A model generated the notes under the pieces. That model ran no database searches. It worked only from the letters and a program-made list of their open reading frames with translations, and was not told where the DNA came from. A DNA stretch of 64,000 bases from the NCBI RefSeq assembly GCF_055900595.2, contig NZ_CM148325.1; one strand, given 5' to 3'. Made by a program: the position numbers and the translations under genes. Positions 1 to 9,786 of the stretch are shown here, in pieces (position 1 is the stretch's first letter; each line of letters begins with the position of its first letter).

Positions 1-159
1 TGCCCGCCTAACGCCTTTAATTCCGGCACCGATTTATTATTACTGGAACCAGGAAAAACGCATCGCCTGTTTTTTAATATTCACGGGCAGCACAATTAAT
101 TTCATTAAGAAAAAAACGAGATCATTGTTTAGGGTTGTATTTACACAACAGGAAATATT

Positions 160-1035
160 ATGGACTTTTTTACGTTATTTTCGCCAGATGGGGCCATGCT
201 GGAAACAAACGTGGTATGTATCGTTATCGCGTTGATGTTTCTTTATACCTTTGTGGGGATATGCGCGGGATTTGGTGGCGGTTTAACCACCATGCCACTC
301 GTCACGTTAATGCTCCCCGTAAAAATGGCAACACCACTTTCGGTAATTGTCGGCACCGCAACCGCCTTGTACGCCACCTGGCTATCACGCAAAGAAACGG
401 ATTGGCGCTCGGCAATGGTGCTGATTATTTTCTCATTTTTGGGAATACCCGTCGGTTTATATGCGCTGTCGTATTTACCCGACCATTTTATGAAAGTGGG
501 CTTAGGTGGATTTCTTATCCTCTACTCCTTTTACAGCATGTTTATTCCTCGCTTGCCGATTTATGACCGTAACTGGATCGCCGCACCTATCGGCGCAGTA
601 GCTGGCGCATTAGGCGCGGCGTTCTCAACCAACGGGCCGCCGATGGTTATCTACGGGATGCTACGTAACTTAGGTCCGGCGGCATTTCGCGGCACACTGA
701 ACGCCTTCTTCACCGCAAACAACATCGCGGTGATCGGCGGGCTGGCGACCAGCGGAATTTTGACTGTTTCTATCTTTAAACTGGTGCTGTTTTGTATTCC
801 CACCATGATCCTCGGTTCACTGATTGGACAATATGTGCATAAACGCATTTCGGTCAAAGTGTTTCGTGTGATGGTCTTTTTATTGTTGATTGCCTCCGGT
901 TCTATGTTGATAAAAGGTGCGTTGGGAATTCCCGCTGCTGCCGCACTTCTGCCTCCGTTTACCTTGTTAGTTATACTGCAACTGGCATTTGGTAAAAAAG
1001 TGGCGGCAATCCGCCGGGCTGAAGAAAGTAAATAA
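160..1035 (+). CDS. TauE/SafE (DUF81) family membrane anion exporter, sulfite/sulfonate-exporter-like
   Basis: 291-aa hydrophobic ORF with two internal halves, each carrying a Gly-rich helix motif (AGFGGG near the N-terminus; GAVAGALGAAFSTNGPP in the second half). AGGA lies 7 nt upstream of the ATG. An internal alternative start is possible. Confidence 0.6.
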   Translation: MDFFTLFSPDGAMLETNVVCIVIALMFLYTFVGICAGFGGGLTTMPLVTLMLPVKMATPLSVIVGTATALYATWLSRKETDWRSAMVLIIFSFLGIPVGLYALSYLPDHFMKVGLGGFLILYSFYSMFIPRLPIYDRNWIAAPIGAVAGALGAAFSTNGPPMVIYGMLRNLGPAAFRGTLNAFFTANNIAVIGGLATSGILTVSIFKLVLFCIPTMILGSLIGQYVHKRISVKVFRVMVFLLLIASGSMLIKGALGIPAAAALLPPFTLLVILQLAFGKKVAAIRRAEESK

Positions 1036-1141
1036 TCATTATGCGGGTTTTAATTTATACCTTCACACATTCTTTAATTAATGAAACCTGTAATAACAGG
1101 ATGGCATGAAATATTAGTTTTATACTCTATGGAGATTATTT

Positions 1142-3178
1142 ATGGATACGCCACGCCCACAGTTATTAGATTTTCAATTTCATCAGAATAACGACAGTTT
1201 TACTCTACGTTTTCAAGACCGTCTTATTTTAATCCATAGCAAAGATAATCCTTGCTTATCGATTGGCTCAGGTATAGCGGATATCGATATGTTCCGCGGT
1301 AATTTCAGCATTAAAGATAAATTGCAGGAGAAAATTGCGCTGACCGACGCCATCGTCAGCCAGTCACCGGATGGCTGGTTAATCCATTTCTGCCGTGGTT
1401 CTGACATTAGCGCCACGCTGCATATCTCTACTGACGAACAAGGCCGTTTAGTGCTGAAACTGCAAAACGATGATCGTCACCATAACCGCATCTGGCTGCG
1501 TCTCGCCGCACAACCAGAGGACCATATCTACGGCTGCGGCGAACAATTCTCCTACTTTGATCTGCGCGGCAAACCGTTCCCGCTATGGACCAGTGAACAA
1601 GGCGTTGGTCGCAACAAACAAACCTATGTCACCTGGCAGGCCGACTGCAAAGAGAACGCGGGCGGCGACTATTACTGGACTTTCTTCCCGCAGCCTACTT
1701 TTGTCAGCACGCAGAAGTATTACTGCCATGTCGATAACAGCTGCTATATGAACTTCGACTTCAGTGCTCCGGAATACCATGAACTGGCATTGTGGGAAGA
1801 CAATGCCACCCTGCGTTTTGAATGTGCGGACACATACATCTCCCTGTTGGAAAAATTAACCGCCCTGCTGGGACGTCAGCCAGAACTGCCCGACTGGATT
1901 TATGACGGGGTAACGCTAGGTATTCAGGGCGGGACAGATGTATGCCAGAAGAAACTGGACACCATGCGTAACGCGGGCGTGAAGGTCAACGGCATCTGGG
2001 CGCAGGACTGGTCCGGGATCCGTATGACCTCTTTTGGCAAACGTGTGATGTGGAACTGGAAGTGGAACAGTGAAAACTACCCACAGTTAGATTCCCGCAT
2101 CAAGCAATGGAAAGAAGAAGGCGTGCAGTTCCTCGCCTACATCAACCCGTATGTTGCCAGCGATAAAGATCTCTGCGAAGAAGCGGCGCAACATGGCTAT
2201 CTGGCAAAAGATGCCTCTGGCGGTGACTATCTGGTGGAATTTGGGGAGTTTTACGGCGGCGTTGTCGATTTGACCAATCCTGAAGCCTATTCCTGGTTTA
2301 AAGAGGTCATCAAGAAAAACATGATCGAATTGGGCTGCGGCGGCTGGATGGCAGATTTTGGCGAATATTTGCCGACCGATACGTATCTGCATAACGGCGT
2401 TAGCGCCGAAATTATGCATAACGCCTGGCCCGCACTGTGGGCGAAATGTAACTACGAAGCCCTTGAAGAAACGGGCAAGCTTGGCGAGATCCTTTTCTTT
2501 ATGCGCGCCGGTTCTACCGGTAGCCAGAAATACTCCACCATGATGTGGGCGGGCGACCAGAACGTCGACTGGAGTCTGGACGATGGCCTGGCGTCGGTTG
2601 TTCCGGCGGCGCTCTCGCTGGCGATGACCGGGCATGGCCTGCATCACAGTGACATTGGCGGTTACACCACCCTGTTTGAGATGAAGCGCAGCAAAGAGCT
2701 GCTGCTGCGCTGGTGCGATTTCAGCGCCTTCACGCCGATGATGCGCACCCACGAAGGTAACCGTCCTGGCGACAACTGGCAGTTTGACGGCGACGCGGAA
2801 ACCATCGCCCATTTTGCCCGTATGACCACCGTCTTCACCACCCTGAAACCTTACCTCAAAGACGCCGTCGCGCAGAACGCGAAGTCCGGTCTGCCCGTTA
2901 TGCGCCCGCTGTTCCTGCATTACGAAGACGATGCACACACCTACACCCTGAAATATCAGTACCTGCTGGGCCGCGACATTCTGGTCGCTCCGGTGCACGA
3001 GCAAGGTCGCAGCGACTGGACGCTCTATCTGCCAGAGGATAACTGGGTCCACACCTGGAGCGGAGAAACCTTCCACGGCGGAGAAGTCACCGTTGAAGCG
3101 CCCATCGGCAAACCGCCGGTCTTTTATCGCGCCGACAGCGAATGGGCTGCACTGTTCGCCTCGTTAAAAAGCATCTAA
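1142..3178 (+). CDS. yihQ: Sulfoquinovosidase (GH31 alpha-glucosidase family)
   Basis: 678-aa ORF matching my recollection of E. coli YihQ in length and sequence; GGAG precedes the ATG. Confidence 0.9.
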   Translation: MDTPRPQLLDFQFHQNNDSFTLRFQDRLILIHSKDNPCLSIGSGIADIDMFRGNFSIKDKLQEKIALTDAIVSQSPDGWLIHFCRGSDISATLHISTDEQGRLVLKLQNDDRHHNRIWLRLAAQPEDHIYGCGEQFSYFDLRGKPFPLWTSEQGVGRNKQTYVTWQADCKENAGGDYYWTFFPQPTFVSTQKYYCHVDNSCYMNFDFSAPEYHELALWEDNATLRFECADTYISLLEKLTALLGRQPELPDWIYDGVTLGIQGGTDVCQKKLDTMRNAGVKVNGIWAQDWSGIRMTSFGKRVMWNWKWNSENYPQLDSRIKQWKEEGVQFLAYINPYVASDKDLCEEAAQHGYLAKDASGGDYLVEFGEFYGGVVDLTNPEAYSWFKEVIKKNMIELGCGGWMADFGEYLPTDTYLHNGVSAEIMHNAWPALWAKCNYEALEETGKLGEILFFMRAGSTGSQKYSTMMWAGDQNVDWSLDDGLASVVPAALSLAMTGHGLHHSDIGGYTTLFEMKRSKELLLRWCDFSAFTPMMRTHEGNRPGDNWQFDGDAETIAHFARMTTVFTTLKPYLKDAVAQNAKSGLPVMRPLFLHYEDDAHTYTLKYQYLLGRDILVAPVHEQGRSDWTLYLPEDNWVHTWSGETFHGGEVTVEAPIGKPPVFYRADSEWAALFASLKSI

Positions 3179-3223
3179 TCACGTCCGCCCGTGGGGAAAC
3201 TCACGGGCACAGGGAGAACAACG

Positions 3224-4609
3224 ATGAGTCACATCACAACGGAAGATCCGGCTACTTTACGCCTGCCCTTTAAAGAGAAACTCTCTTACGGTATCGGCGA
3301 TCTGGCCTCTAACATCCTGCTGGATATCGGCACGCTTTATCTTTTGAAGTTTTATACCGACGTTCTGGGGCTGCCCGGTACCTATGGCGGCATTATCTTT
3401 TTGATTTCGAAGTTCTTTACTGCGTTTACCGATATGGGTACCGGCATCATGCTCGATTCCCGACGCAAGATCGGTCCAAAAGGTAAGTTCCGTCCTTTTA
3501 TTCTGTATGCGTCATTCCCGGTCACCTTACTGGCGATCGCCAACTTTGTCGGCACACCGTTTGATGTCACCGGTAAAACGGTGATGGCCACTATCCTGTT
3601 TATGCTCTACGGGCTGTTTTTCAGCATGATGAACTGCTCTTATGGCGCAATGGTCCCCGCTATTACCAAAAACCCCAACGAACGCGCATCACTGGCGGCA
3701 TGGCGTCAGGGTGGCGCTACATTGGGCCTGCTGCTTTGTACGGTGGGATTCGTGCCGGTTATGAATCTTATCGAGGGTAATCAGCAACTTGGCTATATCT
3801 TCGCCGCCACGCTGTTTTCACTGTTCGGCCTGCTGTTTATGTGGATCTGCTATTCGGGCGTGAAAGAGCGTTATGTCGAAACGCAACCTGCAAATCCGGC
3901 GCAAAAGCCAGGCTTGTTGCAGTCTTTCCGCGCAATTGCCGGTAACCGCCCGCTGTTCATTTTGTGCATTGCTAACCTCTGTACCTTAGGGGCATTTAAC
4001 GTCAAGCTCGCCATTCAGGTCTATTACACCCAGTACGTGCTTAACGATCCCATCCTGTTGTCATATATGGGATTTTTCAGCATGGGCTGTATTTTCATCG
4101 GCGTGTTCCTGATGCCTGGTGCAGTCAGACGTTTTGGTAAGAAGAAGGTCTATATCGGCGGCCTGCTGATTTGGGTGCTGGGCGATCTGCTCAACTATTT
4201 CTTCGGCGGCGGCTCGGTCAGTTTTGTGGCGTTCTCCTGCCTGGCATTCTTCGGCTCGGCGTTTGTTAACAGCCTGAACTGGGCACTGGTTTCCGACACC
4301 GTCGAGTACGGCGAGTGGCGCACCGGCGTTCGTTCGGAAGGTACGGTCTACACCGGCTTCACCTTCTTTCGCAAAGTATCTCAGGCGCTGGCAGGTTTCT
4401 TCCCAGGCTGGATGCTGACGCAAATCGGCTATGTGCCAAACGTGGCGCAGGCTGACCATACCATCGAAGGTTTACGCCAGCTGATCTTCATCTACCCAAG
4501 CGCACTGGCGGTAGTCACCATTGTTACGATGGGTTGCTTCTACAGTCTGAACGAGAAAATGTACGTCCGCATTGTTGAAGAAATAGAAGCCCGTAAACGC
4601 ACGGCATAA
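3224..4609 (+). CDS. yihP: GPH-family sugar:cation symporter (putative DHPS/sulfoquinovose transporter)
   Basis: Start placed at internal ATG (MSHITTEDP) preceded by GGGAG; 461 aa, multi-TM, paralogous to the next gene. Confidence 0.85.
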   Translation: MSHITTEDPATLRLPFKEKLSYGIGDLASNILLDIGTLYLLKFYTDVLGLPGTYGGIIFLISKFFTAFTDMGTGIMLDSRRKIGPKGKFRPFILYASFPVTLLAIANFVGTPFDVTGKTVMATILFMLYGLFFSMMNCSYGAMVPAITKNPNERASLAAWRQGGATLGLLLCTVGFVPVMNLIEGNQQLGYIFAATLFSLFGLLFMWICYSGVKERYVETQPANPAQKPGLLQSFRAIAGNRPLFILCIANLCTLGAFNVKLAIQVYYTQYVLNDPILLSYMGFFSMGCIFIGVFLMPGAVRRFGKKKVYIGGLLIWVLGDLLNYFFGGGSVSFVAFSCLAFFGSAFVNSLNWALVSDTVEYGEWRTGVRSEGTVYTGFTFFRKVSQALAGFFPGWMLTQIGYVPNVAQADHTIEGLRQLIFIYPSALAVVTIVTMGCFYSLNEKMYVRIVEEIEARKRTA

Positions 4610-4617
4610 ATAATAAA

Positions 4618-4636
4618 CAACGCCCTGCGGGGCGTT
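4618..4636 (+). terminator. Short GC stem-loop between yihP and yihO (weak terminator/attenuator)
   Basis: aacgccctgcggggcgtt inverted repeat immediately after the yihP stop; no strong T-tract follows. Confidence 0.3.
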
Positions 4637-4649
4637 ATAAGGAGTGATT

Positions 4650-6053
4650 ATGTCTGACCATAATCCACTGACATTAAAACTGAATCTGCGGGAAAAAATC
4701 GCTTATGGCATGGGCGACGTCGGTTCGAATTTAATGCTTAGCATCGGCACTCTGTATCTCCTCAAATTTTATACCGATGAATTAGGGATGCCTGCTTACT
4801 ATGGCGGGATTATCTTTCTGGTGGCAAAATTCTTTACCGCGTTTACCGATATGCTCACCGGATTTTTACTCGACTCGCGGAAAAATATTGGGCCTAAAGG
4901 CAAATTTCGTCCCTTTATTTTATATGCAGCGGTTCCGGCGGCGTTAATTGCAACGCTCCAGTTTATCGCCACCACTTTTAGTTTGCCGATTAAAACGACG
5001 ATTGCCACCGCGCTGTTTATGATGTTTGGACTTTCATACAGTCTGATGAACTGCTCGTATGGCGCGATGATTCCAGCAATTACCAAAAACCCCAATGAGC
5101 GCGCGCAGCTTGCGGCTTACCGCCAGGGTGGTGCAACCATAGGGCTATTGATTTGTACCGTAGCATTTATTCCACTGCAGTCGCTTTTTTCTGACTCCAC
5201 TGTCGGTTATGCCTGCGCGGCACTGATGTTCTCCATTGGTGGCTTTATTTTTATGATGCTGTGCTACAGAGGCGTCAAAGAGCATTATGTGGACACGACG
5301 CCAACCGGACATAAAGCCAGTATTCTCAAATTTTTTTGCGCGATATTTCGTAATCCGCCATTGCTGGTTTTATGCATTGCTAACCTGTGTACCCTGGCGG
5401 CATTTAATATCAAACTGGCAATTCAGGTCTATTACACCCAGTATGTGCTGAATGATATTAATTTATTGTCGTGGATGGGATTCTTCAGTATGGGATGCAT
5501 CCTCATCGGCGTATTGCTGGTGCCATTAACTGTAAAATGTTTTGGTAAAAAACAGGTTTATTTAGCTGGCATGGTGCTGTGGGCGGTGGGGGATATCCTG
5601 AATTATTTCTGGGGCAGTAACTCTTTCACTTTCGTCATGTTCTCTTGTGTCGCCTTTTTTGGTACGGCCTTTGTGAACAGCCTGAACTGGGCGTTAGTTC
5701 CTGACACCGTAGATTACGGTGAATGGAAAACCGGTATTCGTGCCGAAGGTTCTGTTTATACTGGTTATACCTTCTTTCGTAAAATTTCTGCCGCACTTGC
5801 TGGCTTCTTGCCAGGCATTATGCTGACGCAAATCGGTTATGTTCCCAACATCGCGCAAAGCGATGCAACATTACAGGGTTTGCGTCAGCTCATTTTTATT
5901 TGGCCTTGTGCGCTGGCGATAATTGCTGCATTGACGATGGGATTCTTTTACACGCTCAATGAAAAACGTTTTGCGTTAATTATTGAGGACATCAACCAAC
6001 GTAAAAATAAAGAGATTGAGACAAAAGAAAAAACTGCTTCCGTAACGTTATAA
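4650..6053 (+). CDS. yihO: GPH-family sulfoquinovose transporter
   Basis: 467 aa from ATG at 4650 (MSDHNPL) with AAGGAG 6 nt upstream; the ORF track begins at an in-frame GTG at 4644. Confidence 0.85.
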   Translation: MSDHNPLTLKLNLREKIAYGMGDVGSNLMLSIGTLYLLKFYTDELGMPAYYGGIIFLVAKFFTAFTDMLTGFLLDSRKNIGPKGKFRPFILYAAVPAALIATLQFIATTFSLPIKTTIATALFMMFGLSYSLMNCSYGAMIPAITKNPNERAQLAAYRQGGATIGLLICTVAFIPLQSLFSDSTVGYACAALMFSIGGFIFMMLCYRGVKEHYVDTTPTGHKASILKFFCAIFRNPPLLVLCIANLCTLAAFNIKLAIQVYYTQYVLNDINLLSWMGFFSMGCILIGVLLVPLTVKCFGKKQVYLAGMVLWAVGDILNYFWGSNSFTFVMFSCVAFFGTAFVNSLNWALVPDTVDYGEWKTGIRAEGSVYTGYTFFRKISAALAGFLPGIMLTQIGYVPNIAQSDATLQGLRQLIFIWPCALAIIAALTMGFFYTLNEKRFALIIEDINQRKNKEIETKEKTASVTL

Positions 6054-6120
6054 ATGTCAATAGCCGCTATTTCCATCCTGATGGGTGGCGGCCCCCCTAC
6101 GTTAAAAAAATGGACTTATT

Positions 6121-6813
6121 ATGAAAAAGATTAATGCAATAATTTTATTATCTTCTCTGACCTCTGCCTCGGTATTTGCTGGCGCATACGTCGAAAACAG
6201 GGAGGCATATAATCTCGCCTCCGATCAGGGCGAGGTTATGCTACGTGTGGGTTATAACTTCGATATGGGCGCGGGTATCATGTTAACCAATACCTACAAC
6301 TTTCAGCGCGAAGATGAACTAAAACATGGATATAACGAAATTGAAGGCTGGTATCCGTTATTTAAACCAACCGATAAATTAACCATCCAGCCCGGTGGAT
6401 TAATTAATGATAAGAGCGCCGGTTCCGGTGGTGCAGTATATCTGGACGTCAACTATAAATTTGTACCATGGTTTAATCTGACAGTGCGAAATCGCTATAA
6501 CCATAATAACTACAGTTCAACAGATTTGAACGGGGAGCTGGATAATAATGACACCTATGAAATTGGTACCTACTGGAATTTCAAAATCACCGATAAATTC
6601 TCCTATACATTTGAGCCACATTATTTTATACGCGTAAATGACTTTAATAGCAGCAATGGAAAAGATCATCATTGGGAAATCACTAATACCTTCCGTTACC
6701 GTATTAATGAACACTGGCTGCCTTATTTCGAATTACGCTGGTTAGACCGCAACGTCGAGCCGTATCACCGCGAGCAAAACCAGATTCGTATCGGAACGAA
6801 GTATTTCTTCTGA
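6121..6813 (+). CDS. ompL: Outer membrane porin L
   Basis: 230-aa ORF with N-terminal signal peptide (MKKINAIILLSSLTSASVFA) and C-terminal aromatic residue typical of beta-barrel proteins. Confidence 0.85.
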   Translation: MKKINAIILLSSLTSASVFAGAYVENREAYNLASDQGEVMLRVGYNFDMGAGIMLTNTYNFQREDELKHGYNEIEGWYPLFKPTDKLTIQPGGLINDKSAGSGGAVYLDVNYKFVPWFNLTVRNRYNHNNYSSTDLNGELDNNDTYEIGTYWNFKITDKFSYTFEPHYFIRVNDFNSSNGKDHHWEITNTFRYRINEHWLPYFELRWLDRNVEPYHREQNQIRIGTKYFF

Positions 6814-7025
6814 TGTGAAAATGTAAAAAGTCGCTGATATGGACTGCCCCCCATAAAGTTGGACAGTTCAGGTTAAGCGGCTTTTTACACAGATATTCAC
6901 AATATAAATAACTCCCCATAATTATATAACCACGTTGATTATAAAATATTCCTCGTCCTCTCTATCAAAGTCATTGACTACCAGGTAAGATCTTTTCCAC
7001 CGCAACACTCACAAGGAATGAGAAA

Positions 7026-7874
7026 ATGGAAAAGAAATTTTTTATGGATTGGGATAATGAAATCCCGCAAGAAGAGTTTATTAACAATATTTTAGCCGAT
7101 GAAGACCTGCCTAAAATCCGCTCTCTGATTATTGGTCGTTGGGGGGAGTGCTGGGATGAGGAAAGTTGCCAACCAATAATCGACATGTTTGTTGAACATG
7201 CCGAACGCTTTGCTCATCTCGAATCCCTATTTATCGGCGATATGGAAAGCGAAGAGTGTGAAATTTCGTGGATAAAACAAGGGGATTATTCTCGTCTGTA
7301 TGCTGCGCTGCCGAACCTCAAAAAGCTGACAATTAAAGGTACTCAGGGCCTGGAACTGGGAGAAATCGCCCATGACAAACTGGAGCATCTGGAAATTATC
7401 TCTGGCGGTACGCCGTGTGACGTGTTCGCCTCATTGCAAAATGCCCAACTGCCTGCGTTAAAAACACTTATCGTTTATATTGGCGTTGAGAATTATGGTT
7501 TTGATGCATCGCTGGATATCGTAATGAAGCTGGCGTCGAAATCCCTCTTCCCGAGCCTGACGCATCTTGGCCTGGTGAACAGCGAAGAGCAAAACGAAAT
7601 CGTCCGCCGCGTGCTGGAAAGCGACATTCTGCCGCAACTGGAAGTGCTGGCACTCTCCTGCGGTACGCTTACCGACGAAGGTGCAGAGCATCTTCTCAAA
7701 CATGCCGATCGCCTTAGCCATCTGAAACTGCTGGATTTGTACCATCATTACCTGACAGAAGAGATGCAGAAAAAACTGCAAAAAACACTGACATGTACTC
7801 TCGAATTATCAGAAGCGCTAACGCCTGAAGTCTATGATGACGAAATTTATATGCATGCGATGTATACCGAATAA
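7026..7874 (+). CDS. Leucine-rich-repeat-like acidic cytoplasmic protein (I recall the family being labelled STM4015-like)
   Basis: 282-aa ORF with no signal peptide; repeated L-P-x-L-K-x-L / L-x-x-L-x-L segments (LPNLKKLTIKG, LEHLEIISGG, LPALKTLIVYIG, FPSLTHLGLVNS, LPQLEVLALSCG, LSHLKLLDL); AAGGA 8 nt upstream of ATG. Confidence 0.7.
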   Translation: MEKKFFMDWDNEIPQEEFINNILADEDLPKIRSLIIGRWGECWDEESCQPIIDMFVEHAERFAHLESLFIGDMESEECEISWIKQGDYSRLYAALPNLKKLTIKGTQGLELGEIAHDKLEHLEIISGGTPCDVFASLQNAQLPALKTLIVYIGVENYGFDASLDIVMKLASKSLFPSLTHLGLVNSEEQNEIVRRVLESDILPQLEVLALSCGTLTDEGAEHLLKHADRLSHLKLLDLYHHYLTEEMQKKLQKTLTCTLELSEALTPEVYDDEIYMHAMYTE

Positions 7875-7934
7875 ATGACATTTATTGGGAGAGAGTCATC
7901 TCTCCCATTATTTATCACAGAAAAGGAATTCTTC

Positions 7935-8921
7935 GTGATTACGCTAATTGGTCATCCTGAAAGCAAACGCACATTTTATTTTTGCCAGGCAGCGTCACGC
8001 TTACAGGAACATATCAACGTAGTGAGCTATGATCAAGCACTTACCCTGCTCTTAAATAAAGGCATGGTAAAAATCGATCCCCCCTTACATCAGGAAACAG
8101 ATATTCGCTTAATTAATACGGTTAGCCAAAACTATATTACTTTTTTACAAAAAATGGCTACCAGAAGGGAGATCCGTTTTATTAACTCACCAGAAGGTAT
8201 TATTCATCTTCTGGATAAACGCCACTGTAAGCAACGATTAGTCGAACACGCGATCCCGACACCGCCAATATTAGCGGATGATATCCGTAGCTACGATCAA
8301 CTGATCGCCTGTATGCGCAGCGAAAAGGTTTATCGCGTGTTTATTAAGCCGAATTTCGGATCAGGGGCCGCCGGGGTGCTGGCTTTGAGTCTACATCCCG
8401 GCGATAACCGTCAGGTGCTTTATTGCGCCATCCAGGTTGCAGGTGACAGGCTGGTGAACAGTAAACATATTATCCGCTATGAAAACAGCGGTGATATTAC
8501 GTTGATTGTGAATGCTATTTTACAACAAGACAATATTATCGAACGCTGGCTGGCAAAAGCCAGAGTGGGCAATAAAAGCTACGATTTACGCATCGTGTAC
8601 GTTAATGGTGAAATCGTCTGGCGGGTTGTCAGAACATCATCACAGCCGATCACCAATTTACATTTACAAAATGAAGCTATCCGTTTTGCCGATCTTAATT
8701 TACCCGTAGAAAAAGTAGCTGAAATTGATACGCTTTGTCTCAACGCCATGACCCTCTATCCGGACGTACACATTGCCGGGCTTGACGTATTACTCACGCA
8801 AAATTTAACACCCTATATTATCGAAATTAACGGCCAGGGCGATCTTATTTATCAGGACACCTGCGAAAAAAACAAAATTTATCAACGCCAGATTCAGGTA
8901 ATGAGAGAACATCATGTATAA
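7935..8921 (+). CDS. ATP-grasp-like protein (I recall the family being labelled STM4014-like)
   Basis: ORF 7875-8921; start placed at in-frame GTG 7935 because AAGGA lies 7 nt upstream, but the ATG at 7875 immediately after the preceding stop is an alternative. The ATP-grasp assignment is by resemblance only. Confidence 0.55.
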   Translation: MITLIGHPESKRTFYFCQAASRLQEHINVVSYDQALTLLLNKGMVKIDPPLHQETDIRLINTVSQNYITFLQKMATRREIRFINSPEGIIHLLDKRHCKQRLVEHAIPTPPILADDIRSYDQLIACMRSEKVYRVFIKPNFGSGAAGVLALSLHPGDNRQVLYCAIQVAGDRLVNSKHIIRYENSGDITLIVNAILQQDNIIERWLAKARVGNKSYDLRIVYVNGEIVWRVVRTSSQPITNLHLQNEAIRFADLNLPVEKVAEIDTLCLNAMTLYPDVHIAGLDVLLTQNLTPYIIEINGQGDLIYQDTCEKNKIYQRQIQVMREHHV

Positions 8922-9786
8922 CGTAACAGACGAAGTACCGGAAAATACCCGCACGGCAATCCATTCCTGCGATGGCGAAATCAATCTGAATGATTTAATT
9001 GCCAGGGAAGCCAATATCCTGTTTGTGGTGCTTGATTCCCTGCGTTTTGATATTGCGTTTCAGGAACAAGAGGCGGGAAATACACCAAATATTAACCGCT
9101 ATGGTCGCTGGATAAAGTGTGAAGCCGCTGGCAATTTTACCTGGCCTTCGCATCATTCGATGTTCTCTGGTTTTATGCCTAAGCCGCTGGAAGCTGCACC
9201 TGGTCATTCAATGCTCTTTTTCCCGAAAGATATTGGTTTAGGTCGTTTAGGGCCAAAAAATGCGTTCGCGTTCAGCGAAGAGACGTGGATTAAAGGGCTG
9301 GAAAACAAAGGTTACCGCACTATCTGCGTGGGTGGCGTCTCCTTTTTTAATAACCGCTCAGGGATGGGAAAAGTGTTCCCGGCGATGTTTAAAGAGAGTT
9401 ACTGGTATCCTAATTTCTCCTGCACGGTGAAAGAGAGCATGGATAATCAGCTCACCTTAATTAACAAAAAGGTGAACGCTGAACAGCCGCTGATGATGTA
9501 TATCAATATCGACACCATTCATTATCCGAATCATTTTTATATTGAAAATGCCAAACCTGGCGATACGGTAGAAACTCACGCCGCTGCCCTGCATTATATT
9601 GATGCCAGAATCGAAAAACTTTTCGATATCTTTCGGCAAACCGGGCGGGAGACGTTAGTTATTCTCTGTTCCGATCATGGCACCTGCTACGGGGAAGACG
9701 GTAAATATTTCCACAGTTTTAACCATCCGATTGTGAATACCGTACCCTATTTTCACTTTGTGTTAGACGGCAAAGACCATGAATAA
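8914..9786 (+). CDS. Alkaline-phosphatase-superfamily metallo-hydrolase (phosphodiesterase/phosphomutase/sulfatase-like core)
   Basis: 290-aa ORF with N-terminal FVVLDSLRFD motif typical of AlkP-core metal-binding enzymes; start overlaps the upstream stop by 8 nt. Confidence 0.7.
   Translation: MYNVTDEVPENTRTAIHSCDGEINLNDLIAREANILFVVLDSLRFDIAFQEQEAGNTPNINRYGRWIKCEAAGNFTWPSHHSMFSGFMPKPLEAAPGHSMLFFPKDIGLGRLGPKNAFAFSEETWIKGLENKGYRTICVGGVSFFNNRSGMGKVFPAMFKESYWYPNFSCTVKESMDNQLTLINKKVNAEQPLMMYINIDTIHYPNHFYIENAKPGDTVETHAAALHYIDARIEKLFDIFRQTGRETLVILCSDHGTCYGEDGKYFHSFNHPIVNTVPYFHFVLDGKDHE

Noticed and set aside
2087-3076. 329-aa - strand ORF
   Set aside because: Antisense to yihQ, with no recognisable domain or start context.
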